NCBI RefSeq assembly: GCF_036406195.1
Contig: NZ_DASWVW010000033.1
Coordinates: forward strand, 224,111-288,110
Direction: 5' to 3'
Length of the DNA stretch: 64,000 nucleotides
Source of the DNA: Steroidobacter sp.
GTDB taxonomy: Bacteria; Pseudomonadota; Gammaproteobacteria; Steroidobacterales; Steroidobacteraceae
Shown here: in pieces, positions 10,005 through 20,221 of the stretch
How the letters are laid out: each line of letters begins with the position of its first letter
How positions within the stretch are numbered: position 1 is the first letter of the stretch
Translations under genes and position numbers: made by a program
The notes under the pieces: generated by a model
Database searches by the model: none
What the model saw: only the letters and a program-made list of their open reading frames with translations
What the model was told of the DNA's origin: nothing

Positions 10005-10925
10005 TCAGCCGGGGAGGAATTCGAGCGGCTTGGTAACGGTGATCGTAGCCACGTCCTTGGCCTCGAAGCGGAACGATTTCACGCGCGCCACGATCTTTCG
10101 CTCCAGTTCCGGATCGTTGAGGTCGCTGGAAATGATTTCACAGCGCGAGATCGAGCCGTCGGGCTGAATGGTCACTTCCAGCACCACCTTGCCCTGCAGC
10201 TCCGGCCGGTCACGCAACGCGCGCTGATACAGCGCGTCGACGGCGCGAGTGTTGCGAGCAAAGACCAGCGCAATTTCCTCTTCGCTGCGGCTGGCTCCTC
10301 TGTTACCAGTGCCACGCTGCACCTTGTTCTCCGCCTGCTGAGTCAGCACGGCGGAAGTCACTTGCGTCGTGGTGTGACCTGTGAGCGCACCCTGGCCGCC
10401 ACCATAGCCACGGCTCAAGGCCGCGGTATTGATACCGCCGCTGCTCGCGCCCACTTTCGATGTCAACAACGAACGTTCCGAACGCGTCGCTTCACCCACC
10501 TTGCCGGTGAGATTCTTGGTCTGCGCCGCCTTGTCGAGCACGGAGTTGTCACGCAAGTCGGCGAGCTGATCCATCACATTCGCCATGGACCGCTCGGCGC
10601 GCTCGCGAGCGCTCGGCTGCGGCGGTGTCGGCTTCGGCTGCTCCACCGGCTTGATCGTCTCGGGCTTCTTTTCTTCGAGCTTCGGCGGCGGGGGCGGCGG
10701 AGGCGGCGGCGCCTTCTGCTCGATCACCAGCTTGACGATGCGATCGGGAATGTCCGGCGCTTTCACGAACTGTTTTTCGGGCACCGGGATCAACGGAATC
10801 AGCACGGCCAGGATGGCGAACACGATGAACGCGTTGCGCACCACCTTGCGGAAGCGTGCCTCGACCTCCTCGGTCGGCGACCAAGGCAGATCGTATAGAC
10901 GATAGTACGGGGCGAGTGTGCTCAT
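10005..10925 (-). CDS. TonB/AgmX-type energy transducer (GltG-like)
   Basis: N-terminal TM helix, poly-Pro linker, TonB C-terminal domain (LQGKVVLEVTIQPDGSI). Confidence 0.85.
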   Translation of the reverse strand: MSTLAPYYRLYDLPWSPTEEVEARFRKVVRNAFIVFAILAVLIPLIPVPEKQFVKAPDIPDRIVKLVIEQKAPPPPPPPPPKLEEKKPETIKPVEQPKPTPPQPSARERAERSMANVMDQLADLRDNSVLDKAAQTKNLTGKVGEATRSERSLLTSKVGASSGGINTAALSRGYGGGQGALTGHTTTQVTSAVLTQQAENKVQRGTGNRGASRSEEEIALVFARNTRAVDALYQRALRDRPELQGKVVLEVTIQPDGSISRCEIISSDLNDPELERKIVARVKSFRFEAKDVATITVTKPLEFLPG

Positions 10926-10940
10926 GAGTGGCCGCGCTCC

Positions 10941-11507
10941 TCAGCTACCCACCGCACCGGAGAACGTTGCCGCCCGCGCGCTCGCATTCGGCGCAACCAC
11001 CGGGCCGGCGCCTTCGCGCTCCACGACGGCCAGCGACACCTTGCCGTAGTCAGCATCAGTGCAGGTTGCCATGATCTTGCGCAGCACACTGTACGGCGTG
11101 TCCTTGTCGCCCATGATGGTCACTTCCCGATCCTTGATGTCCTGCTTGGCCGCATCCACCAGCACCGTGTCGGCCTGGCTCTGCAATGCCTGCTTGAGCG
11201 GCTGGATCACCGCGTCCTTGGCGGCGATCACATCGCTCACCTTGGCGATCGCGCGGCCGTCGACCAGCAGATCTTCCTTGGTCACCATCACCACCACGCT
11301 CGGCCGCGGCTTCTTGTCCGCGATCGATTGTGGAATGGCGATGGCCTTGGTGTTCGGCAGGATGTCCACGTCGGAGTTGTGCACCAGCAGGAACACCGTG
11401 AGGATCATCAGCATGTCGATGAACGGCACCAGCGTCATGTGACCGGCGGCTTCGGCGCCGGCGCTGTGCTGGCGCTTGCGATGGCGCTTGATTCGAGTCG
11501 GAGTCAT
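10941..11507 (-). CDS. ExbD/TolR family protein (AglS-like)
   Basis: TLVPFIDMLMIL TM helix with conserved Asp; IMGDKDTPY. Confidence 0.88.
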   Translation of the reverse strand: MTPTRIKRHRKRQHSAGAEAAGHMTLVPFIDMLMILTVFLLVHNSDVDILPNTKAIAIPQSIADKKPRPSVVVMVTKEDLLVDGRAIAKVSDVIAAKDAVIQPLKQALQSQADTVLVDAAKQDIKDREVTIMGDKDTPYSVLRKIMATCTDADYGKVSLAVVEREGAGPVVAPNASARAATFSGAVGS

Positions 11508-12025
11508 GACTGTTTCTCTACGGCAGGGGCGTCTCCCACGGACACATCCGGGAACAGCTCGCCGAAGGTCCAGCTCTGCTCGCCCACGCTGAAGACACGG
11601 ACCGTGTCCATCACCTGCACCAGCGTGTCATAGGCGATCTCCTGTTCCAGCAGGATGGTCGCATCGGTCTTGTCGGGATACTTGGTCTTCACCAGCTTCA
11701 GATAGTCCTGCAAGGCGGTGAGATCGTAGCCGCCGTCGGTGGAAGGCACGGTCTTGAGCAGCCCGGTGCCGCGGTCCGCGACCTCGATCTTGTCCTTGCG
11801 AACGATCACTTCCAGGTTCAACCCCTCGGGCAGGTCCGGCACCGCACTGTCGGCGCCCGGCAGGTTGAGCTCCAGGATGTTGGTCTTGGTGAACACCGCG
11901 GTGAAGATCAAAAAGAACACCAGGATGATCATCATGTCGATCATCGGCACGACATTGATCTCGTGGCGGCCGCGGTAGCGCGCATGATTGCGCGTCACTC
12001 GCCGCTGTGCCTTGGACTGAGCCAT
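11504..12025 (-). CDS. ExbD/TolR family protein (AglQ-like)
   Basis: NVVPMIDMMIIL TM helix with conserved Asp; AYDTLVQVMD. Confidence 0.88.
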   Translation of the reverse strand: MAQSKAQRRVTRNHARYRGRHEINVVPMIDMMIILVFFLIFTAVFTKTNILELNLPGADSAVPDLPEGLNLEVIVRKDKIEVADRGTGLLKTVPSTDGGYDLTALQDYLKLVKTKYPDKTDATILLEQEIAYDTLVQVMDTVRVFSVGEQSWTFGELFPDVSVGDAPAVEKQS

Positions 12026-12068
12026 GGTCTATCCCTTGATCTTTCCCTGGGTGGTACCGAGGTGATAC

Positions 12069-12779
12069 TCAGGCCATGCCGTGCGCGGCGCGGCTGCGGG
12101 GCTGTGCCGGCGCGAGATCGTCGTGACCGACCTCCACGTCCTGGCGGCGCTCCACCACCGAGTTCATGAACTTCACCGAGGCGATCTCCAGGCTGTCGAT
12201 CATCTTGGTGGTCTTGGCTTCCAGGAACATGTGCGCCAACAGCAGCGTGATGGCGACGAACAGACCAGAAGCGGTGTTGTTCATGGCCACCGAGATGCTG
12301 GCGGCCAGCAGGCTGGCCTTTTCCGCCGGATTGGCCTGCGCGATCGAGGCGAACGCCGCGATCAGGCCGATGACGGTGCCGAGCAGACCGGTGAGCATCC
12401 CGATGTTGGCCAGCGCCGAGAGATAGTGAGTGCGCTTCTCCACGCGCGGAATGATTTCGAGCAGGCTCTCGTCCATCGCCTTCTCGACATCATCGCGGCG
12501 GCGGGCGCTCGCCAGGCGGGCAATGCCGTAGTTCAGCACGGTCGCGATCGAAGACTTGGACTTGGAGGTGATTGCCACCACCTGTTTGAAATTGCCGCTG
12601 TTGATCAGCGGCACCACCTGCGCCCACACGCGGCGGTTCTGCGTGGTCTCGTTCGTGAGATAGATGAAGCGCTCGACGGTGATGGCGACGCCGACCACGA
12701 AAATGGCGGCCAGCGGGTACAGGAAGAATCCTCCCTCGCGGAAGAAATTCACCATGAAGTGAACGAGTTCCATCGTCAA
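12069..12779 (-). CDS. MotA/TolQ/ExbB proton channel (AglR-like)
   Basis: GLLGTVIGLI and ISVAMNNTASGL TM motifs. Confidence 0.92.
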   Translation of the reverse strand: MTMELVHFMVNFFREGGFFLYPLAAIFVVGVAITVERFIYLTNETTQNRRVWAQVVPLINSGNFKQVVAITSKSKSSIATVLNYGIARLASARRRDDVEKAMDESLLEIIPRVEKRTHYLSALANIGMLTGLLGTVIGLIAAFASIAQANPAEKASLLAASISVAMNNTASGLFVAITLLLAHMFLEAKTTKMIDSLEIASVKFMNSVVERRQDVEVGHDDLAPAQPRSRAAHGMA

Positions 12780-12922
12780 TGACTCCTATGCGGTGCGTAG
12801 CGCAAAAACAAAATCGGTTGTGAACCATCGGCGCCGCGGCTACGGCTTCGAGCACGCGAACGCTTGCTGAATACTCTGTTGGCCCGGCTTTATCGCCCTT
12901 ACATAAACACGTGTGCTGCGAC

Positions 12923-13438
12923 CTACTTCTCACTGCGCTCAGCTGGCGAAGGCGGGCCGTCGGCGCCACCGCCGCCCTGGGCCGCGATTGCACCGTAGTA
13001 GGTCACTTCGCGACGAAAAACGTCACGATCAACCGGCGTGAGCGCCTCATCCAGCAAGGTGTTGAAGGGCTGCGCCGGCAGGTCGCCCAGATCGGACTTC
13101 TTCCACGGCACGATGTACAGCACCTTGGGCAGCTCGCGATTGCCGGTCACGACTGTGGTGTCGAGTTCCAGCCGGTCGCTGCGCACGACTGCTTGCGGCC
13201 CACCGGCTCGCTGCGAGGTCGTGGACGGTTGCGCGCTGGGCTGCGGGTCGCCGGCGGACGATCGTGTAATCGTGGTCTTACTGGTATCGACCGCCGGGCC
13301 GGCGGCAGCTACCGCTTCGGACAACGTGCCAGCTTCGCGAGCGCCCGCGGGCTCTTCGGCCGCGAGCGCCACGGACACAATCAAACTCAAGCAGATGAGC
13401 GGCAGAGTGCAACGCATGGCAGGGCTCGGTGGGCTCAT
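12923..13438 (-). CDS. Secreted hypothetical protein (GltF-like position)
   Basis: Signal peptide; LELDTTVVTGNRELPKVLYIVPWK motif; operon position. Confidence 0.65.
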   Translation of the reverse strand: MSPPSPAMRCTLPLICLSLIVSVALAAEEPAGAREAGTLSEAVAAAGPAVDTSKTTITRSSAGDPQPSAQPSTTSQRAGGPQAVVRSDRLELDTTVVTGNRELPKVLYIVPWKKSDLGDLPAQPFNTLLDEALTPVDRDVFRREVTYYGAIAAQGGGGADGPPSPAERSEK

Positions 13439-14148
13439 TCGGCGTCCTGATCGTTGGCCTGGCGATTGGCAGCGTCATTAGTTTGGGCACTTCGCGGCGC
13501 GGCGCCGATCCGTTTCCGCAATTCGGTGACCCAGCCATTGACCTTCGCATCCGGCGACTCGGCCAGCGACAAATAACGCTCGTAGGCTTCCAGCGCGCGT
13601 TGCGGCTCCAGCAGATACAAATCGCACAGCACGCCGAGGTTCAAATACGCCAGCGCGTAATTCGGATCGATCTGCACCGCGCGCGTATAGGCTTCGTCCG
13701 CTTCCTTGAAGCGTCCGAGCTTGCGATACACGATGCCGAGCTGATTGAAGGCCGCGGCGTTGTTGCCGTTGCGAGCGATGGCATCACGAATGGCTTGCTC
13801 CGCTTCGTCCAGCTTGCCGGCCTTGGCGTGCAGGATGCCGAGATTGAGCAGCGGACCGGAATAGGCCGGATACGCGGCTGCGAGCGAACGGAAGCTCTGC
13901 TCCGCCTGCGCAAGATCGCCGGAGCTCATCTGCGACACAGCACGCTCGAACTGTTGCACGGCCTCGGCAGGCAGCACCGGCTCGGCCGGAACCGCGCCCG
14001 CCTGTTCGGAATCGCGCTCGACGACGCCGCCCGATCCTGTCGGCGTGGAACCGCAAGCCGACAGCAACAGACCCAGCAGCGCGCCGAGCAACAGCCCGCG
14101 CGGCGAGCGATGTCTCGAGTCAGCGCTGTTATGGCAAGGTCGGCACAT
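13435..14148 (-). CDS. TPR lipoprotein (GltE-like)
   Basis: Lipobox LSAC then TPRs (NLGILH, NQLGIVY, NLGVLC); start reassigned to ATG 14148. Confidence 0.8.
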   Translation of the reverse strand: MCRPCHNSADSRHRSPRGLLLGALLGLLLSACGSTPTGSGGVVERDSEQAGAVPAEPVLPAEAVQQFERAVSQMSSGDLAQAEQSFRSLAAAYPAYSGPLLNLGILHAKAGKLDEAEQAIRDAIARNGNNAAAFNQLGIVYRKLGRFKEADEAYTRAVQIDPNYALAYLNLGVLCDLYLLEPQRALEAYERYLSLAESPDAKVNGWVTELRKRIGAAPRSAQTNDAANRQANDQDAE

Positions 14149-16957
14149 AGTCTTCACTGATCTCGGTCTTGGCGTAGCGCGCCGGCACCAGCTTCGCCAG
14201 CACATCGAAGCTGCGCTGGACCCATTCGTCGTACACGCCGTCGCCAGTGCGCTGGGCATTGGCCTCGTGCAGCTCGATGGCCTTTTCCTCGAACGGGAAC
14301 GCCTGCTCTTCCAGCAGCACGTCGTACTGTTCCCGGGCCTCCTCGTCGAGATTCTTGGGCCGTTCCGAGCTCATCAGATCCGCGCCCAGCTGACGATACA
14401 ACTCCGCCATGCCGAATGTCGCCTGGGTGGTGACCTCGGCGACGCCGTAGTCCAGCGCCTGGCCATAGACCGCCAGGGTCCTTTCCATGGCGTCGCGCTT
14501 GCTCTTCAAGGACTTGTTGAGCGGCGCGGTCAGTTTGATCGCATTGAACAATGCGACCGGGCCGGCGGCGGTTTCGATCGTGGCCTTGGCGGCCAGATAC
14601 TTGCTGCGATCGGTGCGCGCCGCGCCGGCGGCTTTATCGGCACGAATGATTTCATCCAGCCACTGCGAGCGCGTCTTCACGTCGTTCTGCGCCTTCGCCA
14701 TGTCGGCAAGCTTCTGGCGCGCATCCATCGCAGCATCCAGCGGCGTCGGGTATTGCTTCACATAGCTGGCGTACAGGCGGCCCGCATTGGTCGGTGACCC
14801 CGCCTTGTCATAGAGCTCGGCGGCTTGCCACAACGCAGCGCGCCGCACTTCGACCGGCTCCTCGGCGCGCGCGGCAACGCGTTCCAACTCGGTCGCCGCC
14901 TGCGTGCCGCGGCCCAGCTCGAGATAGGCGACCGCGAGCGAGCGCGTCGCATCGGGCACCAGCTCGTGATTGGGATAGTTGCGACGGAATCCTTCGAGCA
15001 CCTGTGCGGCCCGATCCCATTGTTTGTTTTGCAACAGGATGCTGGCGGCATCGAACTCCGCGTTGGAGCGCGCTTTGGAATTCGGCGCCAGCACAGCCAC
15101 GCGCAGGAAGTCATCGACCGCGCCAGTGGCATCGCCAGCTGTGCGCTTGGCTTCCGCCTGTTTGTAAATCGAGGCGGCAATGCGCTCTTCGATACCAGAA
15201 CGATCCGGATCGTTGGCGGGGAGAAAGCCCTGCACACGCACGTAGGCGGACTCCGCTTCCGAGAAGCGGCCGCGATCGAACAGCGAATGGGCCAACAACG
15301 TGGTCGCAGTGCGCTGCAATTTGAGATCGACCGGAGGATTGCGCTCGAGAATCAGCGTCGACACTTCGATCACGCGATCGAAATCGTTCAGCGCGAACAG
15401 GTCTTCATCCGCTTTGGTCTGCACGCGCGCCGATTCGGGATGCTCGGGGAAGCTGGTCGCAAACATCAGCGCGCTCTCGATGCCCTGGCGGTGCCATAAC
15501 GCCTTGGACTCGCCCTGCAAGGAGGGCTCGTGCTTCTGATAAGAGACCAGCGCGGCGTAGCCGGCCGCAGAAGACCTGGCGTGCGGCGGATAATCGTAGG
15601 CCGTCGTTTCGTACTCGCGCGCCGCTTCGGCGAAGCGGCTGGATTCGAACAATACATTGCCCAAGGTAAAGCGGTTCGCGGGCGCTTCCGGGTCCTGCGG
15701 GAACGAATCCAGCATCGCGCGATACCAGCGTGCCGCGGACGCATAGTCCTCGGCCTTCTTTTCCTTCTGCGCCAGCGCGTAGTGATACTCAGCGAGGTCC
15801 TTCTGATTGGACTTCAACTGCGCGGCCACTTCAGGCGCATCCTCGACCGTGCGCCCGCTCCAGAATTCGGAGCCGAACGCATAGCGCTCGACAAACGATT
15901 TCTTGCCTTCTATGACCAGCGACGCGAATCCGCCCTTCGAGTACGCCTCGATGGCGCGCACCTGGAGCGACGGCGCGTAACGATCGCCGGGGCGGCGCTT
16001 CGCAAATGCCTCGTATGCCAACGCCGCGTCCGTGTACTGTTCTTTCTCGATATAAAAGTTGCCCAACGCCTCGTACAGCTGATGCACATACGGAGGATCG
16101 CCGCGCGACGTCAGCGCTGCATCGAGCGAATCCGGGCCATCCATCTGCGAGTAAGTGATGGCAATGGCACGCAAGGCGTCGTCGCTCAGCTCACGCTCGG
16201 GACGACTTAGACTGTTACGCTCACGCAGGCGACCGTCCTGGACCAGCACTCGGTCGAGCATGCGCAGGAACGCCGCCACGCTCTCTTCACCGAGCGATTG
16301 TTTGAACAGCGACCAGCCGAGCTTGTAGAGCCCCTGCTCGAAAAAGCCGGTATCCGCGCCCGGCGTGGTCACCGCCACATACGCATTCTCTGCCTCGCGA
16401 TAGCGCTGCAGGTTGAACAGAACTTCACCGCGACGGAACTGCGCCTCGATGAACCACTGGCTGCGCGGGTAGGTCGCCACCAGCTTGTCGAGCACACTCA
16501 GCGACTTCTCCAGATCGCCCTTGGCCTCATAGGCGCGAGCCAGCTGATACATCACAGTGTCGTTGCGCTCGTAATCCTGATAGGACGACAGCAGTCCTTC
16601 GTACAGCTGCACCGCTTCGTCCACCGCGAGGCCACCGAACTCGGCTCCTTCGGCGCGACCGCTTTCGTCGACTTCGACCTGCAAATCGCCCAGACGGCGC
16701 ATGGCCTCGGCGCGCAGCTTCTGGTTCTTCGATTCCAGCTCGAGAAAGCGCCGGTACTGCTCGATGGCCTGTTCGGTTTTCACATCGCTCGGCGGATCGG
16801 GATCGACCTTGACCTCTTTCCTCTCGAGGTCACGGATGGTACGTGCCGGCGGCCTGAAACCCGATTCCGCTGCAAATGCTGGCGCGGCAATGGCGCTCGA
16901 CAACGTCACCGCGATCAGCAGGCGCAGCTTGTGAGATTTGTTGACCGGAGGGCTCAT
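14129..16957 (-). CDS. Large periplasmic TPR protein (GltD-like)
   Basis: Signal peptide, many TPRs, C-terminal LEEQAFPFEEKAI motif. Confidence 0.82.
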   Translation of the reverse strand: MSPPVNKSHKLRLLIAVTLSSAIAAPAFAAESGFRPPARTIRDLERKEVKVDPDPPSDVKTEQAIEQYRRFLELESKNQKLRAEAMRRLGDLQVEVDESGRAEGAEFGGLAVDEAVQLYEGLLSSYQDYERNDTVMYQLARAYEAKGDLEKSLSVLDKLVATYPRSQWFIEAQFRRGEVLFNLQRYREAENAYVAVTTPGADTGFFEQGLYKLGWSLFKQSLGEESVAAFLRMLDRVLVQDGRLRERNSLSRPERELSDDALRAIAITYSQMDGPDSLDAALTSRGDPPYVHQLYEALGNFYIEKEQYTDAALAYEAFAKRRPGDRYAPSLQVRAIEAYSKGGFASLVIEGKKSFVERYAFGSEFWSGRTVEDAPEVAAQLKSNQKDLAEYHYALAQKEKKAEDYASAARWYRAMLDSFPQDPEAPANRFTLGNVLFESSRFAEAAREYETTAYDYPPHARSSAAGYAALVSYQKHEPSLQGESKALWHRQGIESALMFATSFPEHPESARVQTKADEDLFALNDFDRVIEVSTLILERNPPVDLKLQRTATTLLAHSLFDRGRFSEAESAYVRVQGFLPANDPDRSGIEERIAASIYKQAEAKRTAGDATGAVDDFLRVAVLAPNSKARSNAEFDAASILLQNKQWDRAAQVLEGFRRNYPNHELVPDATRSLAVAYLELGRGTQAATELERVAARAEEPVEVRRAALWQAAELYDKAGSPTNAGRLYASYVKQYPTPLDAAMDARQKLADMAKAQNDVKTRSQWLDEIIRADKAAGAARTDRSKYLAAKATIETAAGPVALFNAIKLTAPLNKSLKSKRDAMERTLAVYGQALDYGVAEVTTQATFGMAELYRQLGADLMSSERPKNLDEEAREQYDVLLEEQAFPFEEKAIELHEANAQRTGDGVYDEWVQRSFDVLAKLVPARYAKTEISEDYVPTLP

Positions 16958-18906
16958 TGCGCGCCTCCCTTCTCACTGCCGATCTCGCTGCTGCCGCTAT
17001 CCGCGCCGTCGTTGGAGCGGCCGCTGGTCGCCGCCTTGTCGTAAATGGAGGCGAGCGCGAAACGAGCCTGCACCGAGTACGCTGCCAGGCGCTGCTTCTG
17101 CGTTTCCAACTCCTTGATGGCGACCGCGGCAAGATAGCGATTCTGTGCCTGCGCGGTCGCTTCGAGCCGCGCACTCAATCCATCGATTCGTGGTGGCAAC
17201 GTCGCGACACGACGGGCAAACTGGTCGGTGCGCGCCGGGTAATCTTCGCGTGCGCGTTCGACCAGCACCGAGCGGCGGCGTGCTTCTTTATATGCAACAT
17301 CCAATTCACGCTGCTCCTTGCGGGCGCGCCACAGACGCGCCTTGTAACTGGCGTTGAAATCCCACAACAGCTTGCCGCGGATCAGGCGCGCCTTCTCGCG
17401 CATCTCCTGCACCATGGGATCGTTCTGGTCCGCCCTGGCCAGCACGGCCTCGATCCGCTGGACCTTGGCCCATTGTTCCTGCTCGCGCGCAGTGGCCAAT
17501 GCCGCCACGTCGTTGTCGCGCTCGGCGGCCGTCAGCTTCAACTCCAGATCGTTCTTTTGAGCTTCCAGGCCGTCGAAGTCGACGGTGTCGAGCGTCTTGC
17601 GCAACCCCGGCTGACGCTGCTCGAAGGCGCGGCGGCGCGCGTCCACCATGTCTTCGAATGCCTGCACGCTCAACGACCAGGTGGCGAGATTGCGCTGCAT
17701 GAGCCGCAGGTCGCGATAGTTCTTCAAGCCTTCCTGGAACTCGTGGGTCGCCAGCAAGTGATACAGATAGCGGGTCTCGGGCGCGTCCGGCAGGTTCTGC
17801 AGCTGCCAGTACCAGCCCACCTGGTCGGCCTCGTCGTTCTCGATGATGGCATCGAGCAGCTTGCCGTCGCGGATCGCCTGGATCGATTGATCGATGCGCT
17901 GTGATTCCTTCGCGAACGCTTCCACCGCGGTTACATACTGCTGGGCCGCCTGGCCCGTAGCAGCGAGTTGCGCGTAGGCATAAGGAACGGCGAGATACGA
18001 CTCTTGTACGGCTGCATCGAGGATGTCGCGATCGCGCAGTTCCATCCACGGCGCGAGCGCCCTGTTGAAGCGCTTCTCGGCGGAGTCCGCCCAGCCGACC
18101 GCGAGCAGTGCCTTGTTGGACTGCGGCCCTTCCAGGCGCACCCGCTGCAATACTTTCTTCGCGTCCTCGGGACGATTCGCCTTCAGCCAGGCGAAGCCGA
18201 GCGCGAGATTGGCTTTGTCACGCAGAGCCGCCAGCTCTTCGGTGGGCACGGCGATCTGGCCAACGTCATTCAACAGCTCGGCCGCTTCCTCGACCCGTTC
18301 CTGGCGCACCAGCGCCACGCCGATGTTGAAGCGTGCGTACGACGACCAGACATCGGTGTGATCGCCGACCGGCTGCCATCGCTCCAACGCGCGAATCGCT
18401 TCGTCGTAGCGGTTCAGATACATCAGCACCTGCGCTTCGAGCAGATGCCGCTCGGGCTCGAGGTCGCCCGGCAGCGCGCCGCGAATCGAGCTCAACGCGG
18501 TGGCGGAATCTTCCAAATAGTTGCGCTGATACCAGACCTTGGCGAGGTAGAACCAGGCGCGGTTGCGCACGTCCAGCGGCACGTTGTCGTTCAACAATGC
18601 CTTGAAGATCCGGCCGGCCTCTTCGTGCTGGCCGAGCGACAGATACAACCCGCCCTTGAGCAGCTCGGCCTCGACGCCGTGATGGGTGATGCGATTGAAA
18701 TCCTGCGAGGCGCCGAGGCGCGTCAGCGCCTGCATGTAGTCGCCCTGATAGAAATAAAAGAGCACGTCGCCCCAGTGCAGGTCGCGCACGACCTGGGGAG
18801 TGCCCACCAGCGACCGCGGCTCTGGGGGACGTTCCTTCGCGCCGGCGCACGCCGCGCCAAGCGCGAGCGCCACCGCCGCCAGCAGTTTGTTACATCGGCC
18901 CGGCAC
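16954..18906 (-). CDS. Periplasmic TPR/coiled-coil protein (GltC-like)
   Basis: Signal peptide, TPRs, coiled coil, C-terminal QARFALASIYD. Confidence 0.8.
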   Translation of the reverse strand: MPGRCNKLLAAVALALGAACAGAKERPPEPRSLVGTPQVVRDLHWGDVLFYFYQGDYMQALTRLGASQDFNRITHHGVEAELLKGGLYLSLGQHEEAGRIFKALLNDNVPLDVRNRAWFYLAKVWYQRNYLEDSATALSSIRGALPGDLEPERHLLEAQVLMYLNRYDEAIRALERWQPVGDHTDVWSSYARFNIGVALVRQERVEEAAELLNDVGQIAVPTEELAALRDKANLALGFAWLKANRPEDAKKVLQRVRLEGPQSNKALLAVGWADSAEKRFNRALAPWMELRDRDILDAAVQESYLAVPYAYAQLAATGQAAQQYVTAVEAFAKESQRIDQSIQAIRDGKLLDAIIENDEADQVGWYWQLQNLPDAPETRYLYHLLATHEFQEGLKNYRDLRLMQRNLATWSLSVQAFEDMVDARRRAFEQRQPGLRKTLDTVDFDGLEAQKNDLELKLTAAERDNDVAALATAREQEQWAKVQRIEAVLARADQNDPMVQEMREKARLIRGKLLWDFNASYKARLWRARKEQRELDVAYKEARRRSVLVERAREDYPARTDQFARRVATLPPRIDGLSARLEATAQAQNRYLAAVAIKELETQKQRLAAYSVQARFALASIYDKAATSGRSNDGADSGSSEIGSEKGGAQ

Positions 18907-18909
18907 GGG

Positions 18910-19515
18910 TTATTCCCATTCCTTGACGATGAACTCGGGTTGCGCCTTCACGGCGCGATCGCTGATCTTCAATTCGACGTACTTGGCGCCCACGCCCTTC
19001 TCGAGCTTGATGCTCGCGCCGCGGCGATAGTCGCGCTGGTTCGGGCCCTGGCCGGTGAACAAAGCGATCAGCTCGTGCTCGCCCGCCTTGAGATTGCCGA
19101 TGAACACGCGATGCACGCCGCCCTTGAGCAGCGCCTGCGCCTCGCGCTCGGTGTACAGATAGTTGGCCACTTCCTTGTTGTCGAGCTTCAAGGTGACCGA
19201 ATCCAGCGCGAAAAACTCGCCCACGTCCATGGAAACGAACACCGCCACCTGGGTGTTGGCCGGGAACAGCAGTTCCTCTTCCAGCACGAACAGCTCGCGA
19301 TTCAAATCCAGCACTTCCTTCTTCAGTGCCTGCACTTCCTCGTCCAGGCTCTTGAAGCTGTCGTCGGCAGCCGGTGCCGCGCTGTCGGCAAGCGGAGCGG
19401 TGGTCGCGACGCCAGCGTCCTGCGAGCTTGCCTCCTGGGCAACCGCCGGTCCCGCGCACAGCGCGAGCAGGGTCAGCAGTATGGCGATCGATTTGCAGAG
19501 GCTCTGGCGCAGCAT
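18910..19515 (-). CDS. Secreted conserved protein (coiled coil plus beta domain) of the operon
   Basis: Signal peptide (AVA-Q); coiled coil LKKEVLDLNRELFVLEEELLFP; ends 3 nt before the next gene. Confidence 0.75.
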   Translation of the reverse strand: MLRQSLCKSIAILLTLLALCAGPAVAQEASSQDAGVATTAPLADSAAPAADDSFKSLDEEVQALKKEVLDLNRELFVLEEELLFPANTQVAVFVSMDVGEFFALDSVTLKLDNKEVANYLYTEREAQALLKGGVHRVFIGNLKAGEHELIALFTGQGPNQRDYRRGASIKLEKGVGAKYVELKISDRAVKAQPEFIVKEWE

Positions 19516-19607
19516 GGTGTGTCCGAAAAACTTCCGTGGTTGCTCGTTGAATGAGACGAGTTCGATATGTATGGCGATGCGGATCCGTTGCAGCTACAGC
19601 GGCGCGC

Positions 19608-20153
19608 CTACTCGTTCAGTAGCTCGCGCAGCTTATCGGTGTAGCGTGCTTCGTAACCGAGCTTGTAGCCCTCGGATACGTAACGCACCACACCTTCGCG
19701 ATCGACCAGCACCGTCAATGGCATGGTGCTCGCCTGATAGGCGCGGCTCACTTCTTTGCGAGCGTCGAACAGCACCGGATAACTGACCCGCAGCGTGGTT
19801 GCCATTTCGCGCGCCGCATCGAGATTGCTCTCTTCGTCGAGATTGACGCTGAACAGCACCAGGCCGGCACGGCGGTACTTGCCGTAAATCTCGTCCAGCA
19901 GCGGCATTTCCTGACGGCATGGCCCGCACCAGGTCGCCCAGAAATTGATCAGCACCACCTCGCCATAGTGCTCGGACAGCCTCATGTTGGCGCCATCCCA
20001 GGAACGCAGCGCGAAATCCGGGGCGGGCTGGCCGACCAGCGTGCTGGCCGGAACGCACACAGCCGGCCCAAGCAGCAGCACCGCCAGCAGAACGAGGCGC
20101 GGCAACCGTGCGGAAGCGCGGAGCGGCAAGCAAGCTTGTGAGGACTGTGACAT
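19608..20153 (-). CDS. TlpA family thiol-disulfide reductase
   Basis: INFWATWCGPCRQEMP motif; N-terminal hydrophobic segment. Confidence 0.9.
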   Translation of the reverse strand: MSQSSQACLPLRASARLPRLVLLAVLLLGPAVCVPASTLVGQPAPDFALRSWDGANMRLSEHYGEVVLINFWATWCGPCRQEMPLLDEIYGKYRRAGLVLFSVNLDEESNLDAAREMATTLRVSYPVLFDARKEVSRAYQASTMPLTVLVDREGVVRYVSEGYKLGYEARYTDKLRELLNE

Positions 20154-20221
20154 CAATCTTTGTTCGTCGCCGGACGGCGATAGGCAGCCGATCGGCGCCT
20201 CCGCTGGAATTGAGAGGCCGG

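Noticed and set aside
17968-19554. Long antisense ORFs here and elsewhere (2870-4060, 8154-9311, 42090-43103)
   Set aside because: Shadow frames of real genes, expected in high-GC DNA.
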